Shown: positions 19,944 through 26,593 of the stretch, piece after piece
How positions within the stretch are numbered: position 1 is the first letter of the stretch
How the letters are laid out: every line of letters starts with the position of its first letter
Source of the DNA: a candidate division WWE3 bacterium
GTDB lineage: Bacteria; Patescibacteriota; WWE3; UBA101185; UBA10185
Direction of reading: 5' to 3'
Assembly (NCBI GenBank): GCA_052035175.1
Contig: JBPOHV010000001.1
Location: 1 to 39,568 of the forward strand
Length of the DNA stretch: 39,568 bases
Notes under the pieces: generated by a model
Told to the model about the DNA's origin: nothing
Database searches by the model: none
What the model saw: only the letters and a program-made list of their open reading frames with translations
Program-made: the position numbers and the translations under genes

Positions 19944-20019
19944 TGGTGGACCTGAGGGGAATCGAACCCCTGCTCTCTACAATGCGAATGTAGCGCTTTA
20001 CCAACTAAGCTACAGGCCC
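19944..20019 (-). tRNA. tRNA-Ala(CGC)
   Basis: 76-nt cloverleaf, G3:U70 pair, arm CTACA-TTCGCAT-TGTAG, A73, CCA. Confidence 0.97.
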
Positions 20020-20143
20020 AAACTGCATACTTTACGCGCTCGCCTGGTGGCTAACGCACTTTACCAACTAAGCTACAGGCCCATGAAATGGGTAATGTAA
20101 GAGGAAGCGCAGCTGCGAAGCAGGAACAAGCTCTTACAGGCCC
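20020..20143 (-). repeat. Two partial copies of the tRNA-Ala 5' end with hairpin inserts
   Basis: 25-bp copy at 20059-20083 equals 19996-20020; 9-bp copy at 20135-20143; inverted repeat TGTAAGAG/CTCTTACA at 20096-20103 and 20131-20138. Confidence 0.85.
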
Positions 20144-20204
20144 TGACCAAACGATTTTATCATTTTTTTATAAAACCCCTTCTTTTTACTGCTATAATTT
20201 ATAT

Positions 20205-20369
20205 ATGATAAAAGATAACTCTTTAAAATTCGCAGGTTTAATCAGTATAGGGTATTTGGTAATCCAAGTACTTTCAAATGATATTGATGGGCTAGATATT
20301 ATTCCAGCGCTAGTACTAGGTGCTATTGTTTATGTGCTGATGAAAAAATTAGAGCATACGAGAAGGTAA
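20205..20369 (+). CDS. Small two-TM membrane protein (54 aa)
   Basis: TGc-TATAAT 6 nt before ATG 20205; two hydrophobic helices. Confidence 0.6.
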   Translation: MIKDNSLKFAGLISIGYLVIQVLSNDIDGLDIIPALVLGAIVYVLMKKLEHTRR

Positions 20370-20375
20370 TTAAAT

Positions 20376-20492
20376 ATGCCAGTAGCAGGAGAAACACAAA
20401 ACATGAACTGCCCTAAATGCAAGGCATTAACAACACATCAGTATAACGGTAGCCATTGGATTTGCTTAGGGCCAAACCATCGCGGATCATAG
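20376..20492 (+). CDS. 38-aa zinc-ribbon-like microprotein
   Basis: MPVAGETQNMNCPKCKALTTHQYNGSHWICLGPNHRGS; AGAAGG upstream; below the ORF-track cutoff. Confidence 0.45.
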   Translation: MPVAGETQNMNCPKCKALTTHQYNGSHWICLGPNHRGS

Positions 20493-20523
20493 TTTCATTG
20501 CACGAAACAAACAATTAACGTGT

Positions 20524-21198
20524 CTATTCTTGATGTAATAGCGGTACTAATTTTGTCACCGCATCTGGTACAGCAAATTTCCCCAATACAGTCTCCACGC
20601 CAGCTACAGGATATTTACATGCAAACAATGTATTACCTTTAATCTCTTGCGGTTGCTCAGCAGGCGACCCATCAGCAAAACAATAATGATATAAACCTTC
20701 TTCAACTAACCTTTCGAGGAGAGGTAAACTTCTTCTGTTGCATATTGATATGTGCACAATAGGCTGTTCTGCAAGACGAGCGGTCTCATTTATTGTACTG
20801 ATTAAAGTAAATAGCGCCTTAGTACCAGCTAAGGGATTTCGTATCGGTCGGAACTTTTCATCAAAAGTATTCCTTGTACTAATAGCAGAAATAGCAAAAC
20901 GTGGCTCACCTGCGACTAATAAAATAGTTGAATCAGAGTCGGGAGATGGAAATATTTCTTGAACAAAACTAACTTCTATAGAACCTGCATCAAAATCAGT
21001 GGAATTAGGCTCTGTTGATCCCCATTTTATTTGTACTTGATGAACAGGCTTACCGTTTGTTGCCATTGTAGGCATATCAAACTCGGTGACAATAGGATCT
21101 GAAATAGGCTCAATTCTTTGAGATAATCGTTGTAAAGATGGGTTAAACTGTATTGACTCAGGAATAAAATTATCTGGCAAGTTTTCCATATCAGACAT
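20524..21198 (-). CDS. Hypothetical protein (224 aa)
   Basis: Long clean ORF; TAGAAT 9 nt upstream of the ATG; no motif recognised. Confidence 0.6.
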   Translation of the reverse strand: MSDMENLPDNFIPESIQFNPSLQRLSQRIEPISDPIVTEFDMPTMATNGKPVHQVQIKWGSTEPNSTDFDAGSIEVSFVQEIFPSPDSDSTILLVAGEPRFAISAISTRNTFDEKFRPIRNPLAGTKALFTLISTINETARLAEQPIVHISICNRRSLPLLERLVEEGLYHYCFADGSPAEQPQEIKGNTLFACKYPVAGVETVLGKFAVPDAVTKLVPLLHQE

Positions 21199-21310
21199 AA
21201 TAAAAGTATTCTACAACTAATATTGATAACCACACCATAGAAAAGTGAAGCCACGTGTTTGTATATGTACTAAAGTGGACAAAATCACTATAATTCAAAC
21301 AGTGCTTAGC

Positions 21311-21517
21311 ATGAAAAGATTATTTATATCAATAACCTTTACAGTTCTAATGTTTATTTTATTGATTAAGAAACTGTTTCCTCCTATATGTATAAAAATT
21401 GCAGGAGTACCGTGTCCACAACCATTCTATTATCCTACACTTATTATCGGTACTATTATGATTTTTGCAGGAACATACTTGTGTCTTACCCTAATTTCTA
21501 AATTTACAAAAAAGTAA
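21311..21517 (+). CDS. Small membrane protein with a CxxxxxxxC loop (68 aa)
   Basis: Two hydrophobic helices flanking ICIKIAGVPCP. ATG 21311 chosen. Confidence 0.5.
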   Translation: MKRLFISITFTVLMFILLIKKLFPPICIKIAGVPCPQPFYYPTLIIGTIMIFAGTYLCLTLISKFTKK

Positions 21518-21521
21518 AATC

Positions 21522-21626
21522 TTGGTGGACCTAAACCCCAATACTTGGAACCATTTGTTTGACTGGGTTTTGAAATGGGGAAACCTAATACCAAACAAGG
21601 ATTTTGCCTTGGATTATGGTAAATAA
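21522..21626 (+). other. Alternative (excised-state) integrase tail LVDLNPNTWNHLFDWVLKWGNLIPNKDFALDYGK*
   Basis: In frame with LSR codon L505 once 21522 is joined to 26170; no start codon of its own. Confidence 0.7.
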
Positions 21627-21710
21627 TCTACCGCAGGCTATCACATACAGTGATTGGAACTATCCCGCATCACGTATCAAACACTATAGAAGTGGTGATA
21701 AAATTACATA

Positions 21711-22259
21711 ATGAAAGTCTTAGCTTTATTAATTTGGCCGTTATTTTTCATAACTACATTTTTTTTGTTCAATAAAGCTAAACTAAGCATTTTCAATAAA
21801 ACATATAGTAATTTAGGTTCTAATATAAAATACGGCAAAATGTTTAACTTTATTCTTGTTATAACGGGGTTAATTCAACTTCTATTTCTTACGTACGTAT
21901 TAGTAAATAATAAAAGTCAGTATTCCATAATCGGTGTTATGGGTTTAAGTAGCCTGATAGTTACAACAATTGCGGGGATTTTTACGGGAATTATCGCAGA
22001 ACACCATAACGAAAAAATTCACATGAAAATAGCGATAATAGGTTTTACAGGCGCAATAATTGGCTACCCTTTATACGGATTGTATCTGTTTAATGCAAAC
22101 TACAGTGTTGGCGTATTCATGCTTATCTGGGGTTTAATTGTAATGCCTTATCAAGCGTATCGTCATATGTCTGGTAAAAAAATCTATGCTATAAACGAAG
22201 TTTTTATGTTTCTGGGTGCTTTTTTCACCAATATTGCTTTGGTTTGGTTATATTTTTAA
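21711..22259 (+). CDS. Multi-TM membrane protein, DUF998-like
   Basis: TYSNLGS...MFNFILVITG, conserved His (KIHMKIA), 5-6 TM segments; TGa-TAAAAT 6 nt before the ATG. Confidence 0.6.
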   Translation: MKVLALLIWPLFFITTFFLFNKAKLSIFNKTYSNLGSNIKYGKMFNFILVITGLIQLLFLTYVLVNNKSQYSIIGVMGLSSLIVTTIAGIFTGIIAEHHNEKIHMKIAIIGFTGAIIGYPLYGLYLFNANYSVGVFMLIWGLIVMPYQAYRHMSGKKIYAINEVFMFLGAFFTNIALVWLYF

Positions 22260-22283
22260 TGTAGCCCTTTGGCTTACTGGAAA

Positions 22284-22838
22284 TTACAACTTTTTCATTT
22301 CAAATACTTTTCCCATAACTTCTTTCAACTTTTGTAAGTCTTTCGTATAACCTTTTGAAATTAGCCTATCTATAAGCATCGGTGCGCCTAGCACATGTTC
22401 TTTTTCAAGGACGATCAAAGCATTTTTTAACATTTTTTTGTCATTTGAAACCAAGAATAATTCGGGGTGATTTTGACACAGGGATATTAGGGCATAATCT
22501 GTGGCTGAAACTTTATTTCCTACTATATAAGCCAGTTTGTCATTTTCTTGTACTATCAATCTATTTTCTTTCCAATTAGGATCACCTGAATATTCTGAAT
22601 TAATAATATGACTTGTAAGAAACTTGTAATCTAAAGTCCTTGGACCATTTGCAAGTTCTAAAATAACTGAATTTGGAATTAAAAAAGTGGAATGTGCAGA
22701 ACCTTTTATGACATTAAGAATGTTTATACCGCAAAGTTTTTCCAATTCTTCAAAACGGCAGAAAGCACTGGTATCAATAAGGTAAACTTCTAATCCTTTT
22801 AAATTTGCAATTATCTTGTTATTGATATCGTAGGACAT
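22284..22838 (-). CDS. PIN-domain ribonuclease
   Basis: Acidic quartet D22 (LIDTS), E61 (SVILEL), D114 (SATD), D133 (VSND). Confidence 0.8.
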   Translation of the reverse strand: MSYDINNKIIANLKGLEVYLIDTSAFCRFEELEKLCGINILNVIKGSAHSTFLIPNSVILELANGPRTLDYKFLTSHIINSEYSGDPNWKENRLIVQENDKLAYIVGNKVSATDYALISLCQNHPELFLVSNDKKMLKNALIVLEKEHVLGAPMLIDRLISKGYTKDLQKLKEVMGKVFEMKKL

Positions 22839-22840
22839 TT

Positions 22841-23440
22841 TTAGAAAATTCGGATACGATCAGGGACAATGCTTAAACGGTATAAAAATTCCCATATGGT
22901 TAAACATAAAGTAACTACTTTGATTATTAACTTTACTAATTTGCCCACGAAGGAAAATTCCAATTGTTTTCTATTAAAACCAACACTTCCTAATAGCTGG
23001 AAGGGTATGCTTGCTATCAATTCTAAGATTTTACCAAGCCAGTAGAAAGGGTTCACTGTACGCAAGATTGCCATTGGAATGTCGCTTTCGTAATTACCGT
23101 ATGCCCTGTCAACCATGTCGATAAGTGCTTGGTATTCTATTTCATATCTGGATAAATTAAAGATATTTTCCATCATATCAATATGAACAACGGGACCACC
23201 TATAGCGGGCGGAGGGCAATAAGTTACGGAAGGATAAATATCGGCATCCATTAGCAACTGCTTAACTTTACCGGCATTCTTGTTTATTTGGTCCCGGATA
23301 GGCAAACTTTTGTCGTTATCAATAAGATCTGGGCTGAATTCCGCATATTCTACAGTAGAAAAGTATTTTGTTATAAGCTTTTTAAATAGTTCTAAAGACT
23401 TTCTGGAATTATTGTTATCAAAGATTGTCTTGTCTTTCAT
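22841..23440 (-). CDS. Hypothetical protein with C-terminal hydrophobic helices, co-operonic with the PIN gene
   Basis: 199-aa ORF with PPPAIGG and NPFYW motifs; stop is 2 bp before the PIN start. Confidence 0.7.
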   Translation of the reverse strand: MKDKTIFDNNNSRKSLELFKKLITKYFSTVEYAEFSPDLIDNDKSLPIRDQINKNAGKVKQLLMDADIYPSVTYCPPPAIGGPVVHIDMMENIFNLSRYEIEYQALIDMVDRAYGNYESDIPMAILRTVNPFYWLGKILELIASIPFQLLGSVGFNRKQLEFSFVGKLVKLIIKVVTLCLTIWEFLYRLSIVPDRIRIF

Positions 23441-23446
23441 ATGACT

Positions 23447-23489
23447 GGATTATAACACCGCTTATGCTTGTAACAATAAGCTATAATCC
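23447..23489. promoter_or_regulatory. Palindromic divergent promoter/operator inside the element
   Basis: GGATTATA (23447-23454) / TATAATCC (23482-23489) and GCTTAT/ATAAGC inverted repeats; each TATAAT is 8 nt before an ATG. Confidence 0.65.
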
Positions 23490-23495
23490 TATTAC

Positions 23496-24077
23496 ATGGA
23501 TACAATACAAGATAAAATTGGAAAAATCGGACCTGTGGAAATTGGTACACCCTATAAAACCGAAAAGGGCGGAACATATAAATATCCACTTCATCGGTTA
23601 ATAGAATTTCTTGACGTTAATGCAGACGACGAAGAATTTGTTGAACTGTTTTGCGAACGATTTAAATTTATTCCACGAAACCTTACAGAAGGTTGGGCAA
23701 AAGGATTTAAAGAAGAACAAGCACCAATAAAGGAAATCTACGAAAAACTTGAAAAGGGTAATTTGACAGAAGACGACATTAATCGCATAAACATAGAACT
23801 GGAACAAATCCACCCAAAGTTACATATACATAAAACTATGGGGCAAATAAATACAAATTCAGTTTACGAAACTTCAATTCATAAAAATTCTGTGGTTTCC
23901 ATTTGGGAAGATTTAAAAAACTATATCTTGGAAAAAAGTTATATCAAGCGTTGCCCCTACTGCGGAAATCCTTTTTTAAGGAATAAAATAAGACCACAGC
24001 AAAAATTCTGCTGTGACGAACACCGCTTAAAAGCACGCGAAGCAAGAAAACAGCAGAACAGAAGGCAGAAAAACTGA
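23496..24077 (+). CDS. Protein with a C-terminal zinc finger (CGNR/DUF6076-like), probable regulator
   Basis: IKRCPYCGNPF...KFCCDEHRLKAREARK; N-terminal EFL-x9-LFCERFKF. Confidence 0.65.
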   Translation: MDTIQDKIGKIGPVEIGTPYKTEKGGTYKYPLHRLIEFLDVNADDEEFVELFCERFKFIPRNLTEGWAKGFKEEQAPIKEIYEKLEKGNLTEDDINRINIELEQIHPKLHIHKTMGQINTNSVYETSIHKNSVVSIWEDLKNYILEKSYIKRCPYCGNPFLRNKIRPQQKFCCDEHRLKAREARKQQNRRQKN

Positions 24078-24129
24078 CCCCCCGGAAGACCCCCTGAAAG
24101 CAAGCCAATCAATCCGATAAAGTATCCCT

Positions 24130-24375
24130 GTGATACAAGATATATACAAAACAAAGGACCTTTTTGAAGCAAGCTATCTTCATTCAGCCGGATTACCCCT
24201 TAATGGATTAACCAATGGTGGTAATTACTATTGGTTTGAATTTTCCAATCAAAAACAATGCCAAGAACTATCTACAAAATATTGGGCTAAAAAAGCCAAC
24301 GGCAACATTAAAACATTTGTGGACAGTCTTAAGACGCTTAAAGACTTGGTTTTTTCAAGAAAAGGAGCGCTATGA
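24130..24375 (+). CDS. DUF5659-like small protein
   Basis: YKTKDLFEASYL...G..L...FEF...Y...K.LKDLVF pattern; GTG start. Confidence 0.6.
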   Translation: MIQDIYKTKDLFEASYLHSAGLPLNGLTNGGNYYWFEFSNQKQCQELSTKYWAKKANGNIKTFVDSLKTLKDLVFSRKGAL

Positions 24376-24500
24376 TTACTGTAAACGACGCAAGAAAGAT
24401 ATTGGGCACTTTTGGAAGTAATAAAACTGACGTTGAAATCGAAATGATAGTAAAATTTATTTATAAGTTAGGCGAAAGGGTGGTGCTGGATTTTGGGTAA
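24372..24500 (+). CDS. 42-aa protein upstream of the LSR (candidate directionality factor)
   Basis: MITVNDARKILGTFGSNKTDVEIEMIVKFIYKLGERVVLDFG; ATGA overlap with the upstream stop; AAAGGAG RBS; not in the ORF track. Confidence 0.65.
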   Translation: MITVNDARKILGTFGSNKTDVEIEMIVKFIYKLGERVVLDFG

Positions 24501-24657
24501 AATGTCCGAAATGCCCGACTTCAGGCATATCAAATTGCCGAAATTCCCGATTGAAGGGCATTGAAATTAAGCAAATTCAGCAGTTAAAGTGCTTAAAATG
24601 TCACAAATGTAGCACTTTTGGGGGTATAAATCCCACAAATCCCGCATAAAAGACTAT

Positions 24658-26241
24658 ATGGATACAAAAAACAAAAAAGCATTAATATATTGCAGGGTTT
24701 CATCAGAAAGACAGGTCAATGAAGGCCACGGACTGGATAGCCAAGAAAGTAGGTGCCGACAATACGCCGAAAACAAGGGATATGCTGTTACAGAAATCTT
24801 TCGTGACGAAGGTATTTCTGGCGGTTTGTTTGAACGCCCCGCCATGAAACAGTTAATTTCTTTCATGGATAAGACCCCTTTTGAAAAATATATAGTCATT
24901 TTTGATGACCTAACAAGATTTGCGCGTGACGTTAAAGTTCACTTGGAATTGAAACTGGCGCTTAAATCACGTGGCGCTACATTTGAATGCTTAAACTTCA
25001 ACTTCGAAGATAGCCCTGAAGGTGAATTAAGCGAAAACATTTCTATGGCTTCCGCCCAATATGAAAGGCAGAAAAACAGACGCCAAGTGATGCAGAAGCA
25101 GAAAGCCCGACTTGAAGCTGGTTATTGGTGTTTCTGTAATGCAGACGCCTTTAAATTCACCAAAGACCCCGTGCACGGGAAACTACTGGTCAGAAACGAA
25201 CCGTTCGCTTCAATTTACAAAGACGCCATTGAACAGTTTGAACAAAGAAAGTTAATAAGCAAAGAACAAGTCAAAGAATTTATCTATGCTGAATATCAAC
25301 GACTTAATTTGAAAAGAAAAAAACCCGGCAATAATACAGTTGAAAGAATACTTAAAAACCCCTTGTTCGCTGGATATGTCGAATATTTGCCTTGGGGTGT
25401 GACCAGACGACTGGGACATCACAAAGGTTTTATATCCCCTGAAACGTTTGATAATGTACAAGAAATCCTTGCTGGAAGGACTTTAAAACGTACACGCAAA
25501 GACTACAGCCTTGATTTTCCATTAAGGGGATATGTTTTATGCGCGGAATGCCAAGAACCAATTACCGCAAGTTGGTCAAAGGGAAGAACCGCCTACTACG
25601 CTTACTATTCTTGTAAAACGGTTGGTTGTAAAAACAGATATAAAACTATCAGAAAAATTAATATCGACGTGGAATTTGAAAAATTACTTGAAGAAACAAA
25701 AACGGCAGAAGAAATACTGAACCTTACAAAACGTATTATGCAAGAAGTTTGGAATAACCAAAAAGTTCAGTTTGAAAGCATAAGTTCCCAAAGCGAAGGT
25801 AAGAAACTGGCGTTACAGAAACAAATTGATGGCTTTATGGGAAGAATAGCCAATGCAACCAACGAACAGGTCATAAAGGCTTATGAAAACCAAGTGGAAA
25901 AACTGATGCAAGAAAAGACAGAACTTGAAACAGGCTTCAAACCTAATCCGTACACCGAAAGTCAGTTTGGAACCGCATTGAATAAAGTGTTTAATGTAAT
26001 ACAGAACCCCTTGTTACAGTGGAAAACCGACAATATTACGGATAAGGAAACGGTGTTAAATATGTATTTTAATGGCAAACTTAATTACGACTTAAATTAT
26101 GGGTTTGGAACCTCCACTTTGGCCCCTGAAATCAACTTAATCAAAGACTTCGGGGCACAAAAAGTTTCATTGGTGGAGATGAGGGGAATTGAACCCCTGT
26201 GTTGCAAGGCTGTTATGCAAAAGTATACAAGCTTATTCTGA
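24658..26241 (+). CDS. Large serine recombinase (integrase)
   Basis: Catalytic IYCRVSS, RPAMKQL, DDLTRFARD; recombinase domain; zinc ribbon LRGYVLCAEC...YYSCKTVGC; coiled coil. The last 23 codons are antisense to tmRNA. Confidence 0.95.
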   Translation: MDTKNKKALIYCRVSSERQVNEGHGLDSQESRCRQYAENKGYAVTEIFRDEGISGGLFERPAMKQLISFMDKTPFEKYIVIFDDLTRFARDVKVHLELKLALKSRGATFECLNFNFEDSPEGELSENISMASAQYERQKNRRQVMQKQKARLEAGYWCFCNADAFKFTKDPVHGKLLVRNEPFASIYKDAIEQFEQRKLISKEQVKEFIYAEYQRLNLKRKKPGNNTVERILKNPLFAGYVEYLPWGVTRRLGHHKGFISPETFDNVQEILAGRTLKRTRKDYSLDFPLRGYVLCAECQEPITASWSKGRTAYYAYYSCKTVGCKNRYKTIRKINIDVEFEKLLEETKTAEEILNLTKRIMQEVWNNQKVQFESISSQSEGKKLALQKQIDGFMGRIANATNEQVIKAYENQVEKLMQEKTELETGFKPNPYTESQFGTALNKVFNVIQNPLLQWKTDNITDKETVLNMYFNGKLNYDLNYGFGTSTLAPEINLIKDFGAQKVSLVEMRGIEPLCCKAVMQKYTSLF

Positions 26242-26567
26242 ATTTTCTTTTGAAGAAAAAGTTTCAGACCAACTTTTGATTTCTTCAGCAAGTAAAGTAG
26301 TTGTGCTTATTGCACTAGATAAATGTTGTTTACTAGACAACATAACCTCAAATCAGTTTTATAAGACAAATCTTTTCTCACCTGATTGAGAGAAAAGCTG
26401 CCCCCCACAAAGTGGGAATCGAAGATCTTATGCAAAAGCATAAGCCATTGCTGGTTCTTCAACTTGTGCGTATTCATTTGCACTTGTATTTGTTGAAAGA
26501 TTAACGAGGAATCAACACCTCAGCTTGCTCCTGCACAAAGAACTTACAGTCAAAGCCTGTCATCCCC
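26171..26567 (-). ncRNA. ssrA: tmRNA (one-piece, 397 nt)
   Basis: 5' GGGGATG pairs with CATCTCC-ACCA (G3:U70), T-arm AGGGG-TTCAATT-CCCCT, internal tag ORF, adjacent to smpB. Confidence 0.95.
26428..26481 (-). other. tmRNA tag reading frame (A)ANEYAQVEEPAMAYAFA*
   Basis: Resume codon GCA after TACAAGT; hydrophobic Ala-rich C-terminus; TAA stop. Confidence 0.8.
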
Positions 26568-26593
26568 GTGCCAACGTATTTTACCATCAAGAG

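Larger units (their letters stand above)
18710..19953. mobile_element. Integrase-less islet at the 3' end of tRNA-Ala(CGC)
   Basis: 14-bp direct repeat TATATGGTGGACCT at 18710-18723 and 19940-19953; the second copy includes the tRNA 3' end; two cargo genes between. Confidence 0.75.
21522..26177. mobile_element. 4.65-kb LSR-encoding integrative element in the 3' end of ssrA (tmRNA)
   Basis: 8-bp direct repeat TTGGTGGA at 21522-21529 and 26170-26177; the LSR ORF reads through the proximal copy; the distal copy continues in frame into an alternative tail. Confidence 0.85.

Noticed and set aside
13139-20019. Introns in the tRNA genes
   Set aside because: All five tRNAs fold as uninterrupted 76-91-nt cloverleaves; the inserts are in duplicated fragments, not in the functional genes
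20088-20204. Long N-terminal version of the 20369 ORF
   Set aside because: It runs across the tRNA-leader hairpins and tRNA promoter; the extended -10 box points to ATG 20205
18710-26177. Recurrent TGGTGGA(CCT) repeats as a possible CRISPR array
   Set aside because: Only 8-14 bp, kilobases apart, tied to tRNA/tmRNA 3' ends, and no cas genes; explained as att cores
26097-26389. ORF-track ORFs 26097-26291 and 26189-26389
   Set aside because: They overlap tmRNA and the LSR end and have no protein-like features
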